Assembly: GCA_013695255.1 (NCBI GenBank)
Contig: JACDAV010000258.1
Span: forward strand, 1 to 34,155
Source of the DNA: Chloroflexota bacterium
Lineage (GTDB): Bacteria; Chloroflexota; Limnocylindria; Limnocylindrales; CSP1-4
Reading direction: 5' to 3'
DNA length: 34,155 nucleotides
Below, piece after piece: positions 23,420 to 31,852 of this stretch. Both the position numbers and the translations under genes were made by a program. The notes beneath the pieces were generated by a model, which was not told where the DNA came from, did no database searches, and was given only the letters and a program-made list of their open reading frames with translations. How positions within the stretch are numbered: position 1 is the first letter of the stretch; every line of letters starts with the position of its first letter.

Positions 23420-24019
23420 TCAGAAGGTGGGCGGACTGATGATGATCAGCAGTTCGGCGTCGGCAGCGCTTTCGTTGGTGAAGCGGTGGAGAAGCTCGCG
23501 GTGGATCTTGATGCTGTCGCCGGGGCCCAGGGCGTATGTCTGACCCGCGACCTCGGCCACGACATCGCCCCGCAGGACCACGGCGCACTCCTCGCTGGCG
23601 TGACCGTTGGGGGTGGCCCCCGTTGAGCCGCCCGGGGCGATGGCCAGCGAGAGGACCTCGAACTCGCCCGATGTGTCCGCGGAGACGAGCTCGTACTCGA
23701 GCTCGCGGTCCGGAAAGTTGAGCTTGGTCCGACGATCCCTGCGCACGACGACCTCGCGCTGCGCCGTCCCGATCATGAACTGGAACATCGGGAGGTCGAA
23801 CGCCTGGGCGATGCGGCGCAAAGAGCTGATGGACGGATCGGAGGCGCCGCGCTCGATCTGGCTGAGCGCGCTGACCGTCAGATTGACCTGGCTTGCCAGC
23901 TGGGCGAGGGTCAGGCCGCGCCGCAGCCGCTCGCGCCGGATACCCTCGCCGATGCTCGCCGCATCCGGGATCCGCTCCTCGTCCGGGCCCTCGACGATGA
24001 CCTGGGCCTCCCCGGTCAC
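23420..24019 (-). CDS. XRE-family HTH plus C-terminal cupin transcriptional regulator
   Basis: The HTH reads GLTLAQLASQVNLTVSALSQIERG. The cupin reads FEVLSLAIAPGGSTG...EECAVVLRGDVVAEVAGQTYALGPGDSIKI. I chose GTG 24019 because third-position GC drops upstream of it. The ORF extends to ATG 24160 and TTG 24172. Confidence 0.75.
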   Translation of the reverse strand: MTGEAQVIVEGPDEERIPDAASIGEGIRRERLRRGLTLAQLASQVNLTVSALSQIERGASDPSISSLRRIAQAFDLPMFQFMIGTAQREVVVRRDRRTKLNFPDRELEYELVSADTSGEFEVLSLAIAPGGSTGATPNGHASEECAVVLRGDVVAEVAGQTYALGPGDSIKIHRELLHRFTNESAADAELLIIISPPTF

Positions 24020-24334
24020 GACGGTCCCCGTCCGAGACCGAAGGTGGCCGACCGGATCTTGGTCGCCTCCCGCACACCGGATTGGGTCGTCATGGGGCTC
24101 CGTGGGCTGAGGCCCGGCGGCGGGCGATGGCTCGTGCCGACATCCAGCACGTGAAGTCATACTGTTGGTCAACTACCATACTAAACCTGTACGCCACTAC
24201 GGGTCAAAGAACCGGACGTGCCGAGCGCGACCTGGCCCCCCAGGGCGATCCATGGAGGAAGCGGGTGTCGGGTTCTCGATGGTGACGCGCGGCGTGGCAT
24301 CCCGGAGGGTTCGGCGAAGGCAGCGGAGGCAGCG

Positions 24335-25432
24335 ATGAGCTGTCGCATCGCCCTTGTCGGCCTGAGCTGGATCGGCGCCGATCTGCCGGGGCCTGCCTCG
24401 GATCCGACGCTCGGCACCGCCATCCCGTACAGCCACGCTGCGGCGGTGGCGGCCATCCCGGAGCTCGAGCTCGTCGCCGGCTGCGACATCGTGGCCGCCG
24501 CGCGCGACACCTTCCGGGGTCGCTGGTCGGGTCGTTACCCGGGGCTCAGGGTCTACGGCGACTATGCCGAGATGCTCCGGACGGAGAAGCCGGAGCTCGT
24601 TGCCGTGGCCACCCCCGATCACCTTCATCGTCGCGTGGTCGAGGCGGCGGTGGAGGCCGGCGCGCGCGGCATCTTCTGCGAGAAACCGATCGCCACGACG
24701 CTCAAGGACGCCGATGCGATGGTCGCGGTGGTCCGGGCAGCCGGGGTGACGATGAGCGTGAACTACACCCGCCGGTGGTTCCCGGAGTTCGTCGAGGCGC
24801 GCCGCATCGTTCGGGCCGGCGGCATCGGCCGGCTCTCCCAGATCGTCGTGCAGATGGGCGGCCCGCGCTCGATGCTCTTCCGCAATCACACCCACGCCAT
24901 CGATCTGGTCAACTTCCTGGCCGAGTCGGAGCCGGTCTGGGTCTGGGCGGAGCTGGAGCCCGGTTTCGAGGACTACGGCATCGCCTACGCGGGCGACGGC
25001 GGCAACGACCCGGCGACGGAGCCGGGCGCCAACTACTACATCGTGTACGCCAATGGCGTCCGGGCCTATCTCTCGGGCATGAAGGACACGGCCGGCCTCG
25101 ACACCGGGGTCACCCTGACCGGCAAGGACGCCCGGATCGTCATCGACCTCGAGGGCATCCGCCTCCATTCCGTCCATCACGAGGACATCCGGACGAAGCC
25201 CGGGGTCACGACGATCCAGCCGATCACGCCGCGCTGGACGATGGCCGGCATGCAGGCCGGGCTCCGGGACCTGATCGACTCGATGGACGCAGGTCACGAA
25301 CCGGCGAGCCCGCCGGAGGCGGCGCGCACGACCGTCGCCGTCATCCAGGCCATCCTGATGTCGCAGGCCCGGGGGAACGTCCCCGTCCGGCTCGAGGAGC
25401 TCGCCGCGGTCGTCCAGGGCACGCCGCGCTAG
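24335..25432 (+). CDS. Gfo/Idh/MocA-family oxidoreductase, paralog 3
   Basis: ATG 24335 with GCGGAGG 5 nt upstream. The Rossmann segment RIALVGLSWIG is degenerate. It has VAVATPDHLH and a canonical FCEKPIA. Confidence 0.85.
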   Translation: MSCRIALVGLSWIGADLPGPASDPTLGTAIPYSHAAAVAAIPELELVAGCDIVAAARDTFRGRWSGRYPGLRVYGDYAEMLRTEKPELVAVATPDHLHRRVVEAAVEAGARGIFCEKPIATTLKDADAMVAVVRAAGVTMSVNYTRRWFPEFVEARRIVRAGGIGRLSQIVVQMGGPRSMLFRNHTHAIDLVNFLAESEPVWVWAELEPGFEDYGIAYAGDGGNDPATEPGANYYIVYANGVRAYLSGMKDTAGLDTGVTLTGKDARIVIDLEGIRLHSVHHEDIRTKPGVTTIQPITPRWTMAGMQAGLRDLIDSMDAGHEPASPPEAARTTVAVIQAILMSQARGNVPVRLEELAAVVQGTPR

Positions 25433-25464
25433 ACGTCCCCACGCAGCACCGGGAGGAGACCATC

Positions 25465-26394
25465 ATGCGCCTTGCCACGTTCCGCGGTCCCGACGGGACA
25501 CCCCGCAGCGGCGCCGTCGTCGGCGATCCAGGCGACGAACGGATCGTCGATCTCGCCGCGGCTGCCGATGGCCGCGTGCCGAACGGCGACCTGCTGACCC
25601 TCCTCCAGGCCGGCACCGAAGCGCTCGCCAACGCGCGGGCCGCCGCCGAGGCGGGCGGTGGCCGGCCGCTGAGCAGCGTCGAGCTGCTGGCTCCGATCCG
25701 TCGCCCGGGCAAGCTGCTCGCGGTGGCCGGCAACTTCCAGGCGCATATCGAAGAGGGTGGCGGCCAGCGCGTCGACAAGACGAAGATCGTCCCCAAGCTG
25801 TTCATCAAGCCGTCGTCGTCGATCATTGGCCCGGGGGAGGCGGTGACCCTGCCGACCGTATCGAACAGCCTCGACTGGGAGCTCGAGCTGGCCATCGTCA
25901 TCGGTACGGCCGGCCGCGACATCCCGGTCGAGCGTGCTCGTGAGCACATCGCCGGCTACTCGGTCATCAACGACATCTCCGCCCGCTCCATGGAGTGGGG
26001 CGTGGCGGGCCGTGAACCCGCCGGCTTCGACGAGTTCTTCGACTGGCTGAACGGAAAGTGGGGCGACGGCTTCGCGGCGTGGGGGCCCTGGATCACCACG
26101 CCCGACGCCATCTCCCCGGATCCCAACGACCTCGAGATGACCCTCCGGGTCAACGACAAAGTCTGGCAGCACGGTTCCACGGCGGACATGATCTTCAGCC
26201 CGGAGGAGCTCATCGCGTTCGCCTCGCGCTTCATGACGATGGAGCCGGGCGATGTGATCGCCGGCGGCACACTCGATGGGACCGGCGACGCCGCCGGCGT
26301 CTATCTCGAGGCGGGCGACGTGATGTACGGCTCGATCGGCGACCTGGGCACGCTCGTGACCCCGGTCGTGGCCGCCTCGGCCGGCAGGGGCTGA
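25465..26394 (+). CDS. Fumarylacetoacetate hydrolase (FAH)-family hydrolase/decarboxylase/isomerase
   Basis: ATG 25465 with GGGAGGAG upstream. Motifs are KLFIKPSSSIIGPGE, LDWELELAIVIG (Glu-x-Glu metal site), VINDISAR and GDVIAGGT. Confidence 0.9.
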   Translation: MRLATFRGPDGTPRSGAVVGDPGDERIVDLAAAADGRVPNGDLLTLLQAGTEALANARAAAEAGGGRPLSSVELLAPIRRPGKLLAVAGNFQAHIEEGGGQRVDKTKIVPKLFIKPSSSIIGPGEAVTLPTVSNSLDWELELAIVIGTAGRDIPVERAREHIAGYSVINDISARSMEWGVAGREPAGFDEFFDWLNGKWGDGFAAWGPWITTPDAISPDPNDLEMTLRVNDKVWQHGSTADMIFSPEELIAFASRFMTMEPGDVIAGGTLDGTGDAAGVYLEAGDVMYGSIGDLGTLVTPVVAASAGRG

Positions 26395-26397
26395 ACC

Positions 26398-27435
26398 ATG
26401 GCCGGGGCCATCCGGTTCGGGGTCGTCGGATCGGGCTTCATGGGCCAGACCTGGGCGAGGGTGATCGCGCGCCACGTTCCGGAGGCGACACTCGTCGCCA
26501 TCGGCGGCGGGCGAAGGGCCGCCGGTCTGGCGCGCGAGCACGGGGTGGAGGCGCTCGATCTCGAGGCGCTCCTTGCGCGCGAGGACATCGACGCAGTCGT
26601 GGTCGCGACGCCCGTCCCGGCCCACCGCCCGCTCGCCGAGGACGCGGCGCGCGCCGGCAAGCACGTCCTCGTCGAGAAGCCCATGACCAGGACCCGGGCG
26701 GACGCCGATGCGATGGTCGCCACGGCCGATGCGGCAGGCGTGCGCCTCGCCGTGGTCTCGCAGCACCGCTTCCGTGGTGCGCCGATGGCCGCTCGGGCGC
26801 TGATCGAGGGCGGACGGATCGGAAGGATTCGGATGATCCGCGTCTTCGGGCCCAATGCCGGCTGGGACATCCCGCCCGATGCGTGGAACTCGGACCGCGC
26901 CCAGGTCTCGCCATACATGGATTGGGGTGCTCACGCCTGCGACATCATCCGGTGGCTGACGGGGGCCGAGGCGACGCTCGCCTTCGCCCAGTTCGCGAGC
27001 TACACCGACGTCCCGCCCGCTGACCAGAGCGCGATGGCCCTGTACACGCTCGACAATGGCGTTCTGGTGCAGATCTGGCTGACCTACGAGCTGCCACCTC
27101 CCAGCCTCGGCTCGGCGATGCAGATGGTGATCACGGGCTCGGAGGGAATCATCGAGCTCGACGCCTACGGGACGGTGCGTCTCGGAACCGCGGACGGGGG
27201 CTGGGAGACGGCGTTCGAGCAGCCGCCGTTCGATCCGCTCGATCCCGGGGACTCCCTCCGGCTGCAGGCCTACGCGTCCCAGCTGCGCGACCTCATGGAG
27301 GCGATCGATGCGGGACGCGATCCGCTGGTCAGCGGGCGCGAGGGGGCGGCGACCACGTCGTGGCTCGAGGCAGCGGAGCAGTCGGCGGCCGCCGGCGAGA
27401 GCGTCAGGCTGTCGCTCACCTCCCGTGCGTCCTAA
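26398..27435 (+). CDS. Gfo/Idh/MocA-family oxidoreductase, paralog 4
   Basis: Motifs are FGVVGSGFMG, VVVATPVPAH and LVEKPMT. It starts 3 bp after the FAH stop. Confidence 0.9.
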   Translation: MAGAIRFGVVGSGFMGQTWARVIARHVPEATLVAIGGGRRAAGLAREHGVEALDLEALLAREDIDAVVVATPVPAHRPLAEDAARAGKHVLVEKPMTRTRADADAMVATADAAGVRLAVVSQHRFRGAPMAARALIEGGRIGRIRMIRVFGPNAGWDIPPDAWNSDRAQVSPYMDWGAHACDIIRWLTGAEATLAFAQFASYTDVPPADQSAMALYTLDNGVLVQIWLTYELPPPSLGSAMQMVITGSEGIIELDAYGTVRLGTADGGWETAFEQPPFDPLDPGDSLRLQAYASQLRDLMEAIDAGRDPLVSGREGAATTSWLEAAEQSAAAGESVRLSLTSRAS

Positions 27436-28291
27436 CCGCCTCCGGCAGCTGCTGGGCGCGGGCCGACCGTCGATCGGCACCCACGTCCATGCCTCGTGGC
27501 CCACGATCGTGGAGGTGGTGGGGCACACCCGGCAGTACGACTACGTCGAGTTCTCCGGCGAGTACGCGCCATACGACCTACACGGGCTGGACGACTTCTG
27601 CCGGGCTGCGGAGCTGCACGGTCTGGGCACGATGATCAAGCTGGACCAGGAGCCGCGCACGTGGCTCGCGCAGCGGGCGGTGGGCGCCGGGTTCCAGGCC
27701 GTCCTGTTCGCCGACGTGCGGACCGCCGACGACGCCAGGGCCTGCGTCCGGACGGTCCGCCCGGACACGCCGGGGGGCGGCGGGACGTACGGGGCGGCGG
27801 ACCGCCGCAACAGCTACTGGAACCAGGCCGCCGGCGCCGACTACGTCACCGCCCTCGAGGAGATCGTGGTCGTGCTGATGATCGAGAAGCGGAGCGCGGT
27901 CGACCAGCTCGACGAGATCCTCGCCGTGCCCGGCGTGGACATGATCCAGTGGGGACCGGCGGATTACGCGATGAGCATCGGCCGTCCGGGCGGCTGGTTC
28001 GATCCCGACGTGCGCGAGGTGGAGCGCGACGTCCTGACCCGCAGCCTGGCGGCCGGCGTGCAGCCCCGCGCGGAGATCACCGATCCGGCCCAGGCGCAGG
28101 ACTACCTGGACCTCGGGGTCCGCCACTTCTGCATCGGGACGGATCTGCAGATCCTGCACGCCTGGTGGCGGGAGCAGGGCGCTGCCCTCGGCGCGATCCT
28201 GGGCGTGGAGCCGGCAACGCCGGACGCCGGCCCGGTCGCCATGGACGGTGGCCCGGCGGCCGCGGCGCTGGAGCCCCGCAGTCGCTACTGA
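27425..28291 (+). CDS. Divergent HpcH/HpaI-family aldolase-like protein
   Basis: GTG 27425 overlaps the upstream gene by 11 bp. The family layout is present (YDYVEFSGEYAPYD, VLMIEKRSAV...GVDMIQWGPADYAMSIG). The positions aligned by eye to the conserved EH and catalytic Arg read EY and Lys (TMIKLD). Confidence 0.8.
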   Translation: MRPNRLRQLLGAGRPSIGTHVHASWPTIVEVVGHTRQYDYVEFSGEYAPYDLHGLDDFCRAAELHGLGTMIKLDQEPRTWLAQRAVGAGFQAVLFADVRTADDARACVRTVRPDTPGGGGTYGAADRRNSYWNQAAGADYVTALEEIVVVLMIEKRSAVDQLDEILAVPGVDMIQWGPADYAMSIGRPGGWFDPDVREVERDVLTRSLAAGVQPRAEITDPAQAQDYLDLGVRHFCIGTDLQILHAWWREQGAALGAILGVEPATPDAGPVAMDGGPAAAALEPRSRY

Positions 28292-28313
28292 TCGTCCGGT
28301 GCCGCCATCGCGC

Positions 28314-29411
28314 TCACACCGACAGGCGCAGCCAGCGGACGTTCTTGATGCAGTCCTCCTCGCACCAGAAGACGAGGAAGACCGCGCCGTCGGGCTCCAG
28401 CACCATCTGCGGGAAGCCGAACTTCAGTTGGGCGAGCTCGGCGCCGGGGTTTGTATCGCCGGTCATGCCCGACGCCTGGCCGCGCCAGAGGGCGGCGGTC
28501 TCCTCGTTCAGCCAGGCGTCGCCATCGAGTCGGGCGAGCGTGGCCCACAGGCCGGGCTCGTCGTGGCGCCGGTAGACGGCGAGGATGCGTCCGTCGGGCA
28601 GCTCGATCGCCTTCGTCGTCTGGGCCAGGAAGCCGGTCAGGCCGTGCTGCCAGGTGGCGCCCTGGTCGGCGCTGATCGCGTACGGCGTCGCCAGCGTCCG
28701 GTTCGTGTCGAGGCTCACCGCCCAGGCAACCGCCAGCCAACGGCCGTCCCGGAGCTCCAGGAAGTGCTGCTCCCAGTGGAGGATGTGCTCGTCCCAGCGA
28801 TCGAGCTCGGTGATCCAGGATGGCCAGGTGCGGCCCCGGTCCTCCGACACGAGGAGGATCGCGTTCATGCCGTTGGGTGCCTTGCCGTCCCAGCCCATCC
28901 ACGTGGAGGCCGGCCAGACCCAGCGGCCGTCGCGGAGCTCGGTGATGGAGTGGCAGACCTCGAACGCGGGTCCCACGAGGGGCGGCTGAACACGCTCGAT
29001 GTCGCTCCAGGTGTGGCCCCGATCGCGGCTCCGGGTGAGGATCAGCTCCATCTCCGTGTAGCCGAGGCCGGGGACGTTGACCACGCTCCGCTCTGGATCG
29101 TCCCGGTACATGAGGGCGCCCATCGCGACCACGGACCCATCCGACACGCGACTGGTGCGCACCGAATGGGTCGTCGGGCGGCCGGGCGGGTCGGCCACGA
29201 CCCGCTCCGGAGCGGACCAGGTGGTGCCGTTGTCGAGCGAATGGCTGGCGTACGTCCGATAGTCGAGCGCGACATCCGCCTCGGCGATGTCGAAGGTGAC
29301 CAGCAGCTCCCCGTCGTCGAAGCGCACGATCGTCGGGTGCCAGGTGTGGCGGGAGCGGAGCTCCGGCCGCGGGTTCCGATAGACGAGGCCGGTCTCGCGC
29401 ACGGCGATCAT
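28314..29411 (-). CDS. BNR/Asp-box repeat beta-propeller, sialidase (GH33/BNR_2)-like, no signal peptide
   Basis: There are four Asp-boxes (SxDxGxTW): SLDNGTTW, SRDRGHTW, SEDRGRTW, SADQGATW. The N-terminus MIAVRETGLVYRNPRPE has no hydrophobic leader. YRNP sits where sialidases carry (F/Y)RIP. Confidence 0.85.
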   Translation of the reverse strand: MIAVRETGLVYRNPRPELRSRHTWHPTIVRFDDGELLVTFDIAEADVALDYRTYASHSLDNGTTWSAPERVVADPPGRPTTHSVRTSRVSDGSVVAMGALMYRDDPERSVVNVPGLGYTEMELILTRSRDRGHTWSDIERVQPPLVGPAFEVCHSITELRDGRWVWPASTWMGWDGKAPNGMNAILLVSEDRGRTWPSWITELDRWDEHILHWEQHFLELRDGRWLAVAWAVSLDTNRTLATPYAISADQGATWQHGLTGFLAQTTKAIELPDGRILAVYRRHDEPGLWATLARLDGDAWLNEETAALWRGQASGMTGDTNPGAELAQLKFGFPQMVLEPDGAVFLVFWCEEDCIKNVRWLRLSV

Positions 29412-29479
29412 CGGGCTCGGGACCTCGGTTCGGGGTGGAGGATCGGCGGCTCGGCTCCCACCTTGCCGGCCGGCCGTGA

Positions 29480-29491
29480 ATTGTCGACAAT
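29480..29491. promoter_or_regulatory. Operator candidate, copy 3: 12-bp perfect palindrome ATTGTCGACAAT, abutting a minus-strand TAGGAT -10-like box (complement of 29490-29495)
   Basis: It lies in the 122-bp divergent spacer between the BNR gene (ATG at 29411, minus) and the Mo-enzyme gene (ATG 29534, plus). Confidence 0.5.
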
Positions 29492-29533
29492 CCTACGGCA
29501 CCGGCAACCGCCCGGGCGCCAAGAGGAGGAGCG

Positions 29534-31846
29534 ATGAAGGTCGGGCTGGCCGACGCCCCGGGCGTCATCGGCGTGTCGCGGGCGCGGGTGGACTCGGACG
29601 AGAAGGTTCGCGGCGCCACTCGGTACGCGGCCGACCTGCCTGTGCCGGGCCTGCTCCACGCGCGGATCGTCCCGAGCATCTATGCCCACGCCCGGATCCG
29701 CGGCATCGACGCGTCGGCGGCCCTGGCCGTGCCGGGCGTGGTGGCGGTGCTGAGGGCGGCGGACCTGCCCATCGCCGCCGTCGAGGACATGCGGATGTTC
29801 GAGCCGCTCGCGCGCGACGAGGCGCTCTTCGCCGGGCAGCCGGTTGCCCTGGTCGTCGCGGAGACCGAGGCGGCCGCCGAGGACGCGGTGGGCCTCGTCG
29901 TCGTCGATGCCGAGCGGATGCCCGTGGTGACCGATCTGGATCTCGCGATGCGGCCGGACGGCCCACTGGCCCGGCTGACCTCCCTCGTGCCGCCGGCAGG
30001 CGCGGACAGCGGGGAGGGCAACTCCGCGAAGTCGGCCCATGCCGCCGTCGGGAGCGCCGGGGCGGAGCTCGAGGACGAGGACCTGTCGGCCAACGTCGTC
30101 AGTCGGAAGCGGTACACGCGCGGGGACGCGGACGCGACGCTCGCCCGCTCGGCGGTGACGGCCGAGGGCACCTTCCGGACGAACTGGGTCTACCAGGGCT
30201 ACATCGAGCCGCACGCCGCCACCGCCTGGATCGAGCCGGACGGCGTCCTGACGGTCAGCACCGCGACCCAGGGCATCTTCTACGTCCGCCGGCAGCTGGC
30301 GCGGATCTTCGGCCGCCCCGTCTCCAGGGTCCGGGTTCGTTCCACGCCGCTGGGCGGTTCGTTCGGTTCCAAGATCCTGATCGTCGATCCACTCGCCGCC
30401 GCGGCCGCGCTGCTGCTGCGCCGGCCAGTGCGCCTGGTGCTGGACCGGCGGGACGACATGGCGGCGACGAACCCCGCCCCCGGATCTCGAATCGACCTGC
30501 GCATCGGCGCGACCAGCGAGGGCCGGCTCAGCGCGCTCGATGCCCGCCTGGTGTTCGACACCGGGGCCTACATCGAGTGGTCGATCGAGGGCATCGCCGC
30601 GGTGCTCATCGGCGGGCCGTACCGCTGGGACGCCTTCGATGTGCGGGCCTACGGGGTCCGGACGAACCGCTTCGGGACGGGCTCCTATCGCGGGCCGGGC
30701 GGTCCGCAGGCTGCCTTCGCGCTCGAATCCCTCATCGACGAGCTGGCCGGCCAGCTCGAGCTCGATCCGATCGCGCTCAGGGCCCGGAGCCTGGCCCTGG
30801 AAGGCGACGAGATGATCGACGGCGAGCCCTGGCCGGGCCTGGGCCACGGCGCTGTCCTCGAGGCCGCGGCGGCGCACCCGCTCTGGAGCGGCAGGGGCGA
30901 CCTGCCCGCGGGGGAGGGCGTCGGGGTGGCGCTCGGGGTGTGGCCGGGTGGCAAGGCGCCCGCGGCCGCGATGTGCCGCCTCAACGCCGATGGATCGATC
31001 ACCATCACGACCGGCGTCGTGGACATGAGTGGCACGACGGGAGCGTTCCAGGTCATCGCCGCCGAGACCTTCGGCGTGGATCCGTCGATGGTCGAGGTCG
31101 TGGCGCTCGATACGGACGGCGCGCCGCAGTCGCCGCTCAGTGGCGGCAGTGTCATCACCTACTCGTCGGGTCGCGCGATCCTGGAGGCCGTGGCGGAGGC
31201 GCGCCGGCAGCTCCTCTCGTTCGCCGCGCACGAGATGGAGATCGACCCGACGGATCTCGAGATCGTCGATGGCGTCGTGCGTCCCGTGGGCTCGCCCGAT
31301 CGTGGCCGGCCCATCGCCGAGCTCGCGGATGTGCTCCATGACTTCAGCAGCAGCTTTGCCGCGGTCGAGGGACATGCCACGACGGTGCAGACGGCGCTGG
31401 CCCCATCGACGGCGGCGCACCTCGCCCACGTGCGGCTGGACGCAGAGACGGGCGAGGTCCAGGTCCTGGGCTACGCGGTCGTCCAGGATGTGGGCCGGGC
31501 GCTCAACCCCGCCCTCGTCGAAGGGCAGATGCGCGGCGCGGCCGCACAGGGGATCGGGTGGGCGCTCCACGAGGCGCTGATCCACGACGCGGAAGGTCAG
31601 CTGCTCACCGGCTCGTTCCTCGACTACGCGCTCCCGCGCGCGATGCACGTTCCGGACATCGACACGGTGGTCGTCGAGGTCCCGGCGCCCGACGGGCCAT
31701 TCGGAGCGAAGGGCATCGGCGAGGCGTCGGTCCTCCCGGCCGGGGCGGCGGTCGCGTCTGCCATCGCGGCCGCAGGCGGCCCGCGCCTGCGCGAGCTGCC
31801 CATGGTGTCGCAACGGATCTGGACCGCGCTGCGCGACCGGAGCTGA
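29534..31846 (+). CDS. Xanthine dehydrogenase/aldehyde oxidase-family molybdopterin-binding large subunit (CoxL/XdhB-like)
   Basis: 770 aa, with AGAGGAGGAG before the ATG. The N-terminal a/b-hammerhead pattern reads EKVRGATRYAADLPVPGLLHARIVPSIYAHARIRGID. The C-terminus reads GAKGIGEASVLP (active-site Glu region). Confidence 0.9.
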   Translation: MKVGLADAPGVIGVSRARVDSDEKVRGATRYAADLPVPGLLHARIVPSIYAHARIRGIDASAALAVPGVVAVLRAADLPIAAVEDMRMFEPLARDEALFAGQPVALVVAETEAAAEDAVGLVVVDAERMPVVTDLDLAMRPDGPLARLTSLVPPAGADSGEGNSAKSAHAAVGSAGAELEDEDLSANVVSRKRYTRGDADATLARSAVTAEGTFRTNWVYQGYIEPHAATAWIEPDGVLTVSTATQGIFYVRRQLARIFGRPVSRVRVRSTPLGGSFGSKILIVDPLAAAAALLLRRPVRLVLDRRDDMAATNPAPGSRIDLRIGATSEGRLSALDARLVFDTGAYIEWSIEGIAAVLIGGPYRWDAFDVRAYGVRTNRFGTGSYRGPGGPQAAFALESLIDELAGQLELDPIALRARSLALEGDEMIDGEPWPGLGHGAVLEAAAAHPLWSGRGDLPAGEGVGVALGVWPGGKAPAAAMCRLNADGSITITTGVVDMSGTTGAFQVIAAETFGVDPSMVEVVALDTDGAPQSPLSGGSVITYSSGRAILEAVAEARRQLLSFAAHEMEIDPTDLEIVDGVVRPVGSPDRGRPIAELADVLHDFSSSFAAVEGHATTVQTALAPSTAAHLAHVRLDAETGEVQVLGYAVVQDVGRALNPALVEGQMRGAAAQGIGWALHEALIHDAEGQLLTGSFLDYALPRAMHVPDIDTVVVEVPAPDGPFGAKGIGEASVLPAGAAVASAIAAAGGPRLRELPMVSQRIWTALRDRS

Positions 31847-31852
31847 ACCGAC

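Noticed and set aside
29477-29492. GAATTGTCGACAATC, which contains a SalI site and arms resembling the symmetric lac operator (AATTGT...ACAATT), considered as a possible cloning-vector or synthetic artefact
   Set aside because: Three copies have different flanks. Each is in a native-looking promoter spacer of a continuous high-GC gene array, and there is no vector backbone sequence around them. The lacO resemblance covers only the outer 5-6 bp.
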